From positions 107,756,001-107,820,000 of the forward strand of contig NW_026262712.1 of NCBI RefSeq assembly GCF_021869535.1: a stretch of DNA of 64,000 nt. Reading direction: 5' to 3'. The stretch is from Mytilus californianus. Lineage: Eukaryota. Made by a program: the position numbers and the translations under genes. How positions within the stretch are numbered: position 1 is the first letter of the stretch; the number at the start of each line of letters is the position of its first letter. This document shows positions 52,025 to 64,000 of this stretch, piece after piece. The notes beneath the pieces were generated by a model. It was given only the letters and a program-made list of their open reading frames with translations, was not told the origin of the DNA and did no database searches.

Positions 52025-55000
52025 CACAAGGATTGAATATAGCACTTTATCATTTTCATTACTATTTCACTAAAACATTACCAGTGTTATTTTTCTTTTT
52101 TAAACATAGGTATGCAATTTTTCTACCTGATCTGATGATCATTTATTGATTTTTTATAAAAACTTTGACACTGAAGATGAATAGTTTTATTTCATTTCCA
52201 TAATCTTACTAAAAAAATTGTGTTCAATTGTCCAAAGATGGAGAATTTCTCAATTTTCATACAAATTCTTTTGATATTTCAATTTTTAGAAGATGTTCTG
52301 ATTTCCAATATCTTCTTTTTATTCAATTAAATAATGTTTGCAATCATGTTTGCATGATTGCAAATAGAAATCTTCAAAGGAAGGTGTAGTATATTTTTTT
52401 TATTGAAGTTTGACTTAATAATTTCAGAAAAGAGGCATTGAAAATGCACTTTAACAACAACAAAAATTATATACCAACAATTTTTTATTTTAATTGGTGT
52501 TCATTCTTCATTGAGAAAAATAATTTCCTGTATTCAAATATACATGTACAAATACATTACACTGTTAAATAGCAATATTAACAAATAAATTTTATATAGA
52601 TATAAGAAGATGTGGTATGAGTGCCAATGAGACAACTCTCCATCCAAGTCAAAATTTATAAAAGTAAACCATTATAGGTCACAGTACGGTCTTCAACACG
52701 GATATGTATACACTGTATTTAAAAGAATGTTGATGTTATTACTGATAATAATTGATTACTTTTTACTGAGCTTTTTCCCAGGAGATTCAGTAACTAATAA
52801 CAGGGATACTTGTGCTAACGCTGTGATCCGAGTAAATTGTTAAAACAGCAGATATGTAATAAAAGATATTTACTTTCCAAAAAAAAAACAAACAAAAAAA
52901 AAATCTTATTGCAGAAAATCTCCAGATTAGAGTTATGCAATTTTTTTTATTGTTTCAATCTAAATAGTGATAATTGAAACTTAAATTAACCAAAAATTTT
53001 GACTAATATCAGATGATTTTTAACACTAATTTTTCAAGTAAAATAGATCCTGCTTGCACTTTTTCGTACATATTTTTTTTTCTTTTCCTTTCAAAAAATG
53101 CATCTTTTTTATCGTTAATTATTCATCTCTGAGAGATAATTCACTGAATAATTTTATGTAGTGTAGATCAAAAGTGATTATAGGTATACTATTGAGGTCA
53201 ATATTATTGTGTAATAAAAGAGATATCAAAACTGATCAATTAAGATTGACATTAAAGTGGAGGGTATTCCAATTAATACTCCACCTTTGAGTGAAATATT
53301 TGTAAGCAATGACAGTTGTCAATTAGTTCTCTTATTTGCCTAAGAAAAGAATTAAAATAATAGCATTTCAAAAAAGTGTGAGAATCAACTTTGATATCAA
53401 TACACATCTTGTACCACATGTTGTTCAATTACTTACACAAGTCTTAGATACTGATAAAATACTTTCAAAATTCTCATCAACTGCTCAAATTTGATATATT
53501 ACATTTTCACATTACTAGTAATTCAAAATAAATAGTAATCTATTATAAATTTTGATGTATAAAGGAACTATATGCAAGTGTATATCTAAGATACAGGAGC
53601 TATTCGACCAATCTTTTCTTGATTTAAGGGCAAATAACATGTCAAAAGTTGGCAATAGTTAACTAAAATTGTGTATAAAGTTTCTGCAAGTCATAAAAAC
53701 ACATAATTAGTTTCATGATATGTCTTCAACTTCTAATTCTGCACCATCTCCAAATCCGGAGTGATCACATAGATCCAGCATGGCTGAATCGAAATATTCC
53801 TCAAACCATGAAAATAAATGAATCCACAGTATTACATAGGATGAGGGTTGGTAATTTTGTTTGTCCCTTATAAGTCTGTTCATTTAACATTATGTTTATA
53901 AAATGCAGTGATTTATCAGATAGATTATCATTACTAAGAAGTGTGGTTCTTAAGTGTTTCTTGTTTTTTATATAGATTAGACCGTTGGTTTTCCTGTTTG
54001 AATTGTTATACATTATTCATTTTCGAGCCCTTTATAGCTTGCTGTTCGGTGTGAGCCAAGGCTCCGTGTTGGAGGCCGTACTTTGACCTATAATTGTTTA
54101 CTTTTTACACATTGTGACTTGGATGGAAGGTTGTCTCATTGGTACTCATACCACATCTTCTTATTTCTACTTACCATTTTCAAAAAAGATTATGCTTAAA
54201 CATAAACAACTTAAAACAATGAATAGTCTCTCCCAATATTTCGTTAAACTGTTTTGATTGGTTGGTGATTAACTTTTTTCTCATTCATTCTCATTGTAAT
54301 TCATAAATCATTTATTTTTTTGGATTTTTATTATCATTATCAAATGAGTATTGCACATAACATAATAGATTATAACAAAACAATCATAACAAAAACATTA
54401 CCGTATTAATACAAACATTATATTCATTATATTTGGCTCAGCCTACAGCAAAAAAGTACGCAATTCTTCTTCCAAGTCAGTGAATCCTTCATCTATACAA
54501 AAATGTATGGTTAATTTTTGTAAGGAGTAATTTTCATTATTATTTTGGTTAATTTTTGTAAGGAGTAATTTTCATTATTATTTTTAAGTTTAAATCAAAC
54601 CTTGCTATTTAATTAAATTATTAAAAACAAATATTCCATATTTCACAACTGAATGCAATGTAACTGAAACAATATTTTTTTTTTTAAATATTTGAAATGA
54701 ATGAAGAAGAAGAATGTTTAAAAGGACAAATAAAAAGTAGATAATGCCAATGCAATTAATTTTTTCCTCTGATACACAAATTGATATGGCTTCAACTAAG
54801 GAAAGCTCCATAGGAGCTATTGTGTTTATAGACCTTTAATGTCATTTTTCTCTCTTTTACTCATAAAAGTGCAATTGGCTTTTTGAGCCTTTATTTTCAG
54901 ACATTATTATCAGTATTTGAAGATTAAACTTCTGAGAGTTGTAAAATATTGTATTCAACATGATGCTGTGATATTTTTTCCTATTGATTTCTACATGATA

Positions 55001-55345
55001 ACTGATTAATCATTGTTATCTCTTTCTAGAAACCCATTAACATGTGTTCTTTATGTGTTGTCAGCATGTTAAGTCACCTTTTATCATGATGTCCAAATGG
55101 GAAAAATCAAACAATACCAAAAAAATTTGTGGATCAATTCAGCAAAATTTCAAATGACAAATGGCTGAAAACACTAAAACCAGACATTGTTTAGCAATAA
55201 ATAAATAAAATTGCATCAAAATGTACAAATCAGTACAGAATTGAAATTAAATTGAATTGAACTGTTTATCCACTGTTTTTTTTCAATCATTTGTAAATGT
55301 TTTACTTATTTCCAGCTAAAAAGAGGATGGTTATCCTGTTTTAAT

Positions 55346-55409
55346 TTAATTCCAGCTAGAATGGGACTGGTCTTCTTCCTCTTCATCAATGAATGGTTTA
55401 TCTACACAT
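55346..55409 (-). CDS. VPS18: VPS18 last coding exon (R)CVDKPFIDEEEEDQSHSSWN*
   Basis: ttcag acceptor, phase fits the previous exon, stop at 55346. Matches the VPS18 C-terminus IRSIDRPFI...W. Confidence 0.92.
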
Positions 55410-55600
55410 CTGAAAGGATAAATCATTGCTAGGATAAGAAATATTAATAAAATCATGTTTCCTTTGACATTATTATTATGGTTAATAAAACATGTCAGCA
55501 TGTTTTTCTTATGATTTTTTTCTCAGTATATTTTGGATAAACTATGTTATGTGCATCCCTTTCAAATAATTTATTTGTCTACACTGTCTTTGTGACTGTG

Positions 55601-55791
55601 TACTGTGGATTCATCATTGATACCAGATTTTGTGGGATTTTGTAAGTATAGGTGAACCACGACTTTAAATGTCCAAACAAACTGGGAATTTACTGCAGGC
55701 TTATATGTAGATTTTTACAAAACCACTAAATCAAAATATCCACGGAAATACAGCTTTTCCTCAATCCATGAAAATTAATGAATCCACAGTA
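55601..55791. mobile_element. TA-flanked MITE (tactgtggattcat...atgaatccacagta)
   Basis: 14-bp TIR pair; end fragments recur at ~53805-53831 and ~55905-55950. Confidence 0.7.
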
Positions 55792-56320
55792 ATAGAATTG
55801 TTCGAGTATCAACTTGATGTCAACCATAATAATGTATCTTTTTTTCCAAAACATTACTTGCATAAAAGCCTTAAAATCTTTTTTTTTTAAGAAATTTATA
55901 TTCACTAAAATACAGCTTTTCCTCAATCAAGGAAAATTAATGAATCCACAGACAGTAACAGAATTGTTTGAGTATCAACTCTTAATAATGTAATTTTTTT
56001 TTACAATCTATATCAGTGTTTTTGTTTGATTTCCTTTTGCAACTTCAAATCCATTAGTCACACTAAACATATAAATGGACTGAGGTTTGCTTATGAAGTT
56101 TTTTGTTCCCAATGGTTAAAAGTGCATTTAAAATTCAATTTACAATACAACATAAGGATTTTTTTTAATTTGTAATATGGACGGATGAGTTCATGTTTAA
56201 CACTGGGACCATGTCCAGAAAATTGAATTGATACCATGATGATAACAAATTTGAAAATGAACGCTTCCTTGTTAAAGACAGACAAACCAAGCCAGATTTT
56301 TATAATTCTACCTTAGAAGA

Positions 56321-56940
56321 TAACAGTCCATAAGAGAGCATGTCACCTCAAAGGATCAACCTTACAAGGTAACAGTCCATAAGAGAGCATGTCACCTCAA
56401 AGGATCAACCTTACAAGGTAACAGTCCATAAGAGAGCATGTCACCTCAAAAGGATCAACCTTACAAGGTAACAGTCCATAAGAGAGCATGTCACCTCAAA
56501 GGATCAACCTTACAAAGTAACAGTCCATAAGAGAGCATGTCACCACAAAGGATCAACCTTACAAGGTAACAGTCCATAAGAGAGCATGTCACCACAAAGG
56601 ATCAACCTTACAAGGTAACAGTCCATAAGAGAGCATGTCACCTCAAAGGATCAACCTTACAAGGTAACAGTCCATAAGAGAGCATGTCACCACAAAGGAT
56701 CAACCTTACAAGGTAACAGTCCATAAGAGAGCATGTCACCTCAAAGGATCAACCTTACAAGGTAACAGTCCATAAGAGAGCATGTCACCTCAAAGGATCA
56801 ACCTTACAAGGTAACAGTCCATAAGAGAGCATGTCACCTCAAAGGATCAACCTTACAAGGTAACAGTCCATAAGAGAGCATGTCACCTCAAAGGATCAAC
56901 CTTACAAGGTAACAGTCCATAAGAGAGCATGTCACCACAA
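56321..56940. repeat. 49-bp minisatellite, ~12.6 copies, in the last VPS18 intron
   Basis: Unit taacagtccataagagagcatgtcacctcaaaggatcaaccttacaagg; period 49 (56321 to 56370). Confidence 0.97.
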
Positions 56941-57178
56941 ACCATCAAATGGACACAATAATGTGGATCTTTGTACAAGCCATCAAAATTATTATTCCTA
57001 TACCTATGTGTTCAAAGTTTTAGCTGTACAGACTAAAGCCTGAGAGAAGTGTCTGGTTTTTTTTTATTACATTTCAGCAAAGTATAAAACATTCTGTCAA
57101 AAGACACTGCAAAAAACAGCCATTTAATTGGTTCTAGTGAACTAGAAATTGGGGATGACTTGGTAATGTTAAGAACTC

Positions 57179-57320
57179 CAGGGCTTGCGGTCATAAAAGT
57201 TTTGAGCACGATTATCGTACTCAGACTCAGAAATCAACCAATCAAAATACTGGATTTAGTGTTTCAAGCACAAATATTGTACTCCGAGTACTGAGTACAG
57301 TTTTATGACCGAGGACCCTG
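57179..57320. mobile_element. Small MITE with ~20-bp imperfect TIRs
   Basis: cagggcttgcggtcataaaa versus ttttatgaccgaggaccctg. TSD unclear. Confidence 0.55.
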
Positions 57321-57703
57321 AACTTAGTTTTAAATTAGTTTTGTCCATTCACTACCTGTTTCTATATCTAGCAAATTCATTCCATTCTTTTTTCTTAAAA
57401 AGACTTGTCTTCTATCTCAAAGTCTAAATTATATTGGTAATTTAGGATTATTGTATCATAAACTCATCATAGATACCAGGATAAAAATTTTGTACACCAG
57501 ATGTGCATTTCGTCTAAGTGACGCTCAAATGAAAACAGTTAAAATGTCCTTGGTTAAAATATTACATTGTACAAGCCTTCAATTGCAAGTAATATTCTAC
57601 CAGGGATAATATTCTTATTTATAGTATGGACAAATTTTAAATGACAAAAGATAATTTTTGGTCATGTTCATTGGAAATTGCTATACAATATACTAATGTA
57701 TAC

Positions 57704-57762
57704 CTTATCATAAAATCACCACAATAAAGACATTCTGATGCTACAAGATCATCTAATTCTGC
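57704..57762 (-). CDS. VPS18: VPS18 exon AELDDLVASECLYCGDFMI(R)
   Basis: AG/GT boundaries, 59 nt; matches the VPS18 motif DLDELVAAECVYCGELMIR. Confidence 0.95.
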
Positions 57763-59210
57763 CTGAAAGTACAAAAAAAAACAAATTTCAAACATTTGAT
57801 TCATAACTAACTATCGTATAAGTATTGCAAAGTGCCTGAGCTAGACCTAAAGGCTAGTCAAGGTTGTTGAACACCCTCATAGTAGTCAATGTGCAAAATA
57901 TTCCATGTTTATTTCCTGTAAATATTCAATGTCAAGCTCTTCGTTGGTGGTGAAAAATCATACCAATATATCTTGAATATCTTTCCAAAGAGTTTAAAAT
58001 AAAAACAACAGAAAGAAGTTGTGCCGTTTGATCTTTTGACAAATATATGAATCAAATTTGTAACATTGTCCTCTGAGCTTGACATGAAAAGCTTAAATAT
58101 GAAACACTAAATGGTTTAGAACACTCAGGAGAAGTATCATACAATATCAATGACAATGATCATGGATTTCAAAACTTGTACACCAGAAACAACTGAAATA
58201 TTCTTGGGTATAAAAACTAATTTATCCAAGCAGTTGAAAAGATTTAGGCCTCACAAGATTTATGACAGATGAATACTTGGATGGAATGGTTTCAACCACC
58301 TGATTTCTACATAGTTCCATTTAGTAGTTTTCCAGACTCTAACAATGATAAGTCTTCAAATAATATATAGATATAAGAAGATGTGGTATGAGTGCCAATG
58401 AGACAACTCTCCATCCAAGTCACAATTTGTAAAAGTAAAGCATTATAGGTCAAAGTACGGTCTTCAACACGAAGCCTCTGCTCACATCAAACAGCAAGCT
58501 ATAAAGGGCCCCAAAAATGACTAGTGTAAAACCATTTAAACAGGAAAACCAACGGTCAATCTATATAAAAAAACGGGAAACGAGAAACACTTATGAACCA
58601 TATCAACAAACGACAACCACTGAACATCAGGCTCAATACATGTATTAAGATCCCATTTGTAACAACACCATCTATCACTAAAAGGGGAAAAAATCAACAA
58701 AATAATACACATTATAATATTTATATTTAATTGGTACTAATTTTCCTTGAATTATCCTTCAAAATATAAACTGTTTTTGCCACAATAAATCAATTTATAA
58801 CACTGAGATCAAGAAAACAAAAGATCCATACATGTTTCCAATGTTTGTGTTTGGAAGGTTATGCATTTGATGGCTGTTCATTTCAGAATATACCTTATCT
58901 GCGACAACTGACATAAGAATTTGTGAACTTGAGCTATTGACATCATACAACAATCACTTGTCCTTTCAGGTGTCAGGTATTTTCTATTGTGATGTAAAAT
59001 TTTACAGGAACCTTTGTGATGTCCAGTTATGTCGAACAATAGCAATAAGGTGAATACAAATATAAACAATATACCCTCAATGTGGTAGCACTCTTACCTT
59101 TATATTTAAATGTTTAGGAATGTTTAATGTGATGTCCAGTTATGGTGGACAATAGCAAGAAGGTGAATTCAAATATATACAATATCCCCTCAATGTGGTA
59201 GCACTCGTAC

Positions 59211-59354
59211 CTTTATATCTAAATGTTTAGGAATGTTTAGCGACGATAAATCATTTGATTGTTGTTGTTGTAATTTACTGCTTTCATGTTCTGCAAGTTT
59301 CCTTTGTAAATCTACCACACGGTTTTTCTTTGTAGTTGTTAAATTTGGTATCAC
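59211..59354 (-). CDS. VPS18: VPS18 exon VIPNLTTTKKNRVVDLQRKL...IPKHLDIK
   Basis: AG/GT boundaries, 144 nt, in phase with both neighbours; corresponds to the helical insert within the RING. Confidence 0.9.
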
Positions 59355-59916
59355 CTGAAAAAAGTAATCCAATATCATTTCATGTTATAGTGAATTATAG
59401 TGTTTGTTCAAGCTATGAGATAAGTAACAGGGGTTAAAATTGTTTAGTACAACTGTACTTTTCTGCCACCTCCCATTGTTTTATGCCCCCTTTTTTTGTT
59501 GAAAATCCTGGATCTGCCAGTGACTATGTCAGTGACTGGTACCCTGTAACAACTGACATTGCTGTCCAAATATTAACTTTTATTTGACGAGTTTTTAATC
59601 GTGATCAGCATAACTGAGTAAACTAACATACACCACATATCACCTTTATTCACATTCCTTTCCTGAATATCTTAAACTAGTTACCATGCCATACTTGTAA
59701 AATTTGAATTACATATCTTTTAAAATCATTCAATCAAATTGTCTTTTGATTGGGAGTTTTATTCTTTTTTATTCCCCCATCATATTCACTTTAGCTCTCA
59801 TCCTAATATTTTGCTCAATAATGACAGATGTTTTAATTTCAGCCCAACTTAATTTTCATCTCCATTTATATAGTGCAGACTGCTCTTTAAATGTACAAAC
59901 TAAATAAATAACCTAC

Positions 59917-60034
59917 TTCTTCTATCAAACAGTCTGAATGGAATTTATGTTGGCATGGAAATAAGTAGAACCCTCGGGTCATCAATGGATAATTACAAGC
60001 TGCACATTTATCATTCGCCTTCACTGTTGAATAT
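59917..60034 (-). CDS. VPS18: VPS18 exon YSTVKANDKCAACNYPLMTRGFYLFPCQHKFHSDCLIEE (RING-H2)
   Basis: AG/GT boundaries, 118 nt; matches DKCATCDFPLLNRPFYLFLCGHMFHADCL. Confidence 0.95.
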
Positions 60035-60536
60035 CTGAAATATAAAAGATATAAAATTTCCCCATTAACTTAACTGTATATATATATATATATATGTAAT
60101 ATTAAAATAGATACCAAATTCAACTTAGGCCTCACTGTGACTTTAAGATGTAGAACAGCAATAAAAGCACTGTTCCTTTGCTTTTGCATTTTTTGCTATG
60201 CATGTACTGATTTTGTGTCGTGGATGGATACCCCATATCCTTTTTTTTTCTATTATTGGAATTTACTATAGTGTTGTACCAAGCATTGGAACAAGGCAAT
60301 GTAACTCTTTAAATTAGTTTTTTAGTGTTCATAATGTTCAGGTCAGATCATGAACCTTTAACATATTAATTTGCATGGCAATACCTAAAACTTTTAAAAT
60401 ATTAAATTCTTTTGATGAGCAATAAATATATATAACAGTGAATTTTATTTCCAATTTATGCCAAGCAAAAATACCAAGCGATCCTTGAACACAGAAGAGG
60501 TGTTGTAATAATTCAGACAATAAAATGCATTTCATT

Positions 60537-60747
60537 TACTGTAAATTCAGAGATTATTGTGTGCATTTATTATTGCGATTTTCGAAGAATAGACAAAAAT
60601 GGGAGATTAATTATTGCAATTTCTGGAAAATCTGCATACAGATATATGTATCAGATATCAGAATGAGAGTTTATATTATTGCGATAGCCACCAAGTCCCA
60701 TTATATGCATTAATAAAAATCTCCCAATAATTTCTGAATTTACAGTA
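60537..60747. mobile_element. TA-flanked MITE (tactgtaaattcaga...tctgaatttacagta)
   Basis: ~22-bp TIR pair inside a VPS18 intron. Confidence 0.72.
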
Positions 60748-61346
60748 TCACTATTTTTTAACCCAAGCAACTTTTGTTGTGTATTTTCATTGTATATAAA
60801 ATATATCTCAATTTTATTCTCATCTACACCAACAGGAAAACCTTTGAGTCAATGAAAACTGATAAAATTTTACTTATTATCATTTTGATGTCTTAAAAAC
60901 ATATGAATTTACATTATTTTTATTTACTTTACTGACAGGCATGTTGTTTGGTGGTTCGGATAATTTTAAAGAGTTGATAAATATATTGCAAAATACACTC
61001 ATTTGGAAATTTTTTGCTTCTTTTTTTTGATGCTCATTACTCATCTTTGGTTGTAGACTTAGAAGATATAGTACAAATCTGTGAAGACGTTTATCATAGC
61101 TGTGGCAAAAAAAAATTTAATGTAAAATGAAATAACCTTTTTTTATAATAGTTTCAATATTTCAGGATATATGGCTACTGTTCATCTTGATCATTCATAA
61201 CATTCAAATCACATAGAATAATTGATATTTAATTAAGGCAGACAGGCTTCACCTACAGAGGTGTGTAATTTTAGTAATTTGATTAAAAAAAATTAATCAT
61301 ACATTTAACTGTTATTAAAACTGGACTAAAAAAACATTAAACATAC

Positions 61347-61468
61347 TTATTTCTAAAACTTTGTATTTCTTTACGGATTTCTTCTGCACTTCCTGTAGCT
61401 TCATCCATCTCTTCTTTTAATGTTTCTATATGACTGTTGTATTCTTGCAATGATGTAATGATGGCATC
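61347..61468 (-). CDS. VPS18: VPS18 exon DAIITSLQEYNSHIETLKEEMDEATGSAEEIRKEIQSFRN(K)
   Basis: AG/GT boundaries, 122 nt; coiled coil matching EAICSSLKAYNHHIQELQREMEEAT. Confidence 0.95.
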
Positions 61469-62384
61469 CTGGAATGACCAAATAAGAAATCAGATTCATC
61501 TCCAGTGTTTTATGTCATAGTAAGGCCATATTAAGTCATACATTTGATCTATTTTAGTGTAGACTTTCCAAAGCCCATTTTTGTTCTTCACCTATATAAA
61601 GTATGAGGTCAAGGTAATTTGATTCTAAACATTTTCTGTTTACTTTTGGAACTTTGATCTGTGTCCTGGAACAACCAAAAAAGAAATCAGATTTATATCC
61701 AGTGAAATTGTGGCATAAAATTTGATACAGTGGAACATTCAATGAGTAAATTTATAAAATAACGACTTTTGAATGGAAAGCAATATGTAAATGTTTGTAG
61801 TAAAAGCAGAATTACATAGATATCTGTAAAAAGTTTGCATATTCTTTACAGATAAAAGAATCTGACAACATTACTAATAAGGTTTTTAATTACAAAAATG
61901 TGCAATGGTCTATTGGCAGACACTTTTTGTATTATAACAAGCTTTCATCATCAGACAATACTTTTCTATGGTGAACACTATATTAAGTTCTTGTGTTTAA
62001 TTCTGATTTTATAAACCAAAATATCAAGACTTGGTAGTTCCAAAATGGCGCTCCTTCCTGTCACATTTGATGATTGATTGATGGTTGGTGTTTAACCCCA
62101 CTTTCAGCACTATAAGCTATATCGTTGCAGTCAGTTTTTATTTGGGCACAGATTGTCACATTTGATAAATTTTCCTTAGTTTATCTAAATATATAGGGTC
62201 AAGGGAAAGGATATTGTAAACATTATCAGTCAAATGTGGTTGTGCAACAAATAAAATAACTCAGTATCTATCAAGAATTATTCTTACTGCCATACTTGAT
62301 TTCATCTGGTTTAGTGGTTCTCTAGGTTTCATTTTTTTTCTAAATGTCTTGTGTTAAATAGTCCCTAACAGTGTGATATATAGA

Positions 62385-62790
62385 GTGATATATATAGAGA
62401 ATATCATATGGCTTTTTCAATATCACACCTGTATCAACCTGAGACACCAATATAATCCTAAGAGCTCTGCTCGAGGGATTATTAGGTTGAGGGTTGATAA
62501 GGTGTGTGATATTGAAAAGGCCATATCATATACATTTTATTATATATTTCAAGTAGAGTTGATTCTAGATTTTTTTTATGTGACGTGACGTCATACAGAT
62601 AAGGTGTTTGATAAAGCCTTTGCAATGGTGATTGATATCGATGATGTGACGTCATACAGATTAAGGGTGTGATAAAGCCTTTGCAACCGTAACTGCTATC
62701 GATATCATTATGGATGGCTGATACAGCACGATTGCCATTGATTGTATTACACATACAATTTACATGTATTTACTTCTAAGTAGATAATAA
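62385..62790 (-). mobile_element. TIR-less palindromic element family P1, copy 3 (in a VPS18 intron)
   Basis: Reverse complement shares termini, internal tgacgtca repeats and hairpin with 4470-4912. Confidence 0.78.
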
Positions 62791-62994
62791 AGCTTGGTAC
62801 ATAGACATCAACATGATCAAGTAACAGTGTTGCAAGGAAGTCAATATCAAGTTTAACTTTAAACTCTTTACCTGATTCTCCAGAAGTAGATAAAATATAA
62901 ACAGATTTTTTTTTGAAGAAGTATAAAAGTAACTACATAAAATTGCTTAAATGCATAGTTCACGAATGGTGGTATAATATATAATTTTAAATAC

Positions 62995-63122
62995 CTTAAA
63001 ATGGTCAATGGTAACAAAATCAGGAAAAAATGGTAGGATATCTTCAATTTTAAGTAAATCACACTCATGGAGAAATTCCATGGCTCTTTTTACATCTTTT
63101 TCTTTTTCTACAACATGTCTGG
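62995..63122 (-). CDS. VPS18: VPS18 exon (A)RHVVEKEKDVKRAMEFLHECDLLKIEDILPFFPDFVTIDHFK
   Basis: AG/GT boundaries, 128 nt; contains the VPS18 signature LLKIED(I/V)LPFFPDFVTIDHFK. Confidence 0.97.
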
Positions 63123-63508
63123 CTGCAAAAATAATGTAACAAAATAATTTTACAAATGAGGACAAAAGGAAGCAATTCAACATTTACTGTCATTTCTTAA
63201 AACTTTTCAGAATCAATATAAAAAAATTCCAAACCTCTTTCAAGTAAGCTCTAGACAGAAAATTTATGAAAGTTTGCTAAAAAATCATGTTCAAAAATTA
63301 AAATAAAATGAAGATAAAAATCTATGTGAAATACCCATTAATCATGCAAATTAGATTCCTAAAAACCAGTAGCCACCAGTAACATGTTGTTTTTGTAATT
63401 GGTATACTATGTATAATTCCAGTAGATAGTAAGATTGAAGTTAGGCGAAGGGATACAGGTTCTTTAGAACCCCTTTCTCTTTGAATTATCTTTGCTTATC
63501 TAACTTAC

Positions 63509-63593
63509 CAATTCTAAGCCAAAGTTTCTTTTTTAACTCATCGTCAGTATCTTCAGGTTTTTCAGCTTGTTGCTTAGCTAACTCTACATCAAC
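63509..63593 (-). CDS. VPS18: VPS18 exon VDVELAKQQAEKPEDTDDELKKKLWLRI
   Basis: AG/GT boundaries, 85 nt; matches VDVDLAKQCAD...LRKKLWLKI. Confidence 0.95.
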
Positions 63594-63813
63594 CTAAATG
63601 AAAAAAAAAATGCTTTTCATATATTTCATTGTCCTTAGTTCTACTGTAAAATAACTGCTTTCAATAAAATTATAATTTTCTGTCAGGTTAAGTTCAGTAT
63701 GACCTATTATCCTTTTATAAAAGATTGACAGATTATAATTCCTGTTTTATGTATTGTATGTTGTTATGTTCTATATAACAATCAGACTGTAATTCTAATC
63801 AAAGTACACTCAC

Positions 63814-63945
63814 GTCTAATGCTAAATCTACAGCTTCTTCATACAGTCCCATTAAAGAATAAATATGTACACAGGCCTTCTTACGATCATGTTCCATACA
63901 CAATCTTAATGCATATTTCAAATCATAACAGACTTCATCTGAATC
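63814..63945 (-). CDS. VPS18: VPS18 exon DSDEVCYDLKYALRLCMEHDRKKACVHIYSLMGLYEEAVDLALD (gene continues beyond the window)
   Basis: AG/GT boundaries, 132 nt; matches YDLKYALRLC...ACVHVY...LYEEAVDLAL. Confidence 0.96.
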
Positions 63946-64000
63946 CTAGAAAAAAACAAAAAATCACATGATAGATAAATGATTTAAAGATGGAAGAAAG

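Larger units (their letters stand above)
39121..52987 (+). repeat. Tandem segmental triplication: 39121-43990, 43991-49076, 49077-52987
   Basis: Each unit starts gaattctatgcgtcagac and ends aattgaaacttaaatt. Units are near-identical and differ mainly by unit-specific deletions. Confidence 0.95.

Noticed and set aside
58878-59069. Extra VPS18 exon
   Set aside because: The exons at 59354-59211 and 57762-57704 already join in frame to match VPS18, and this ORF has no similarity to it.
1-64000. tRNA, rRNA or hammerhead ribozyme genes
   Set aside because: No cloverleaf, rRNA signature or complete hammerhead core recognised by eye. Covariance-model searches would be needed to exclude them.

Overview
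AT-rich eukaryotic, repeat-dense genomic DNA. The repeat families suggest a bivalve mollusc, probably Mytilus (inferred from pattern recognition, not verified). Genes: (1) the 3' part of VPS18 on the minus strand, eight coding exons from 63945 to the stop at 55346, joining in frame through the C-terminal RING; (2) two intact single-exon paralogous class A GPCR genes (21561-22739 and 33385-34575) and two GPCR pseudogene fragments on the minus strand (17117-17230 and 20731-21336); (3) the probable first coding exon of an unrecognised minus-strand gene (4009-3531). About 12-53 kb is a birth-and-death duplication field of the GPCR unit. It includes a ~4.2 kb inverted segment with both breakpoints inside GPCR copies, several upstream blocks that lost their CDS, and a recent ~4-5 kb tandem triplication (39121-52987). 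Interspersed repeats: Helentron-type non-autonomous elements with internal tandem repeats, Penelope-like (probably Naiad) RT and 3' fragments, SINEs, several MITE families, TIR-less elements with long palindromes, a 40-copy 73-bp satellite with higher-order structure, and several minisatellites. No prokaryotic features or CRISPR arrays. All alignments and counts were done by eye, and family names are pattern-based.
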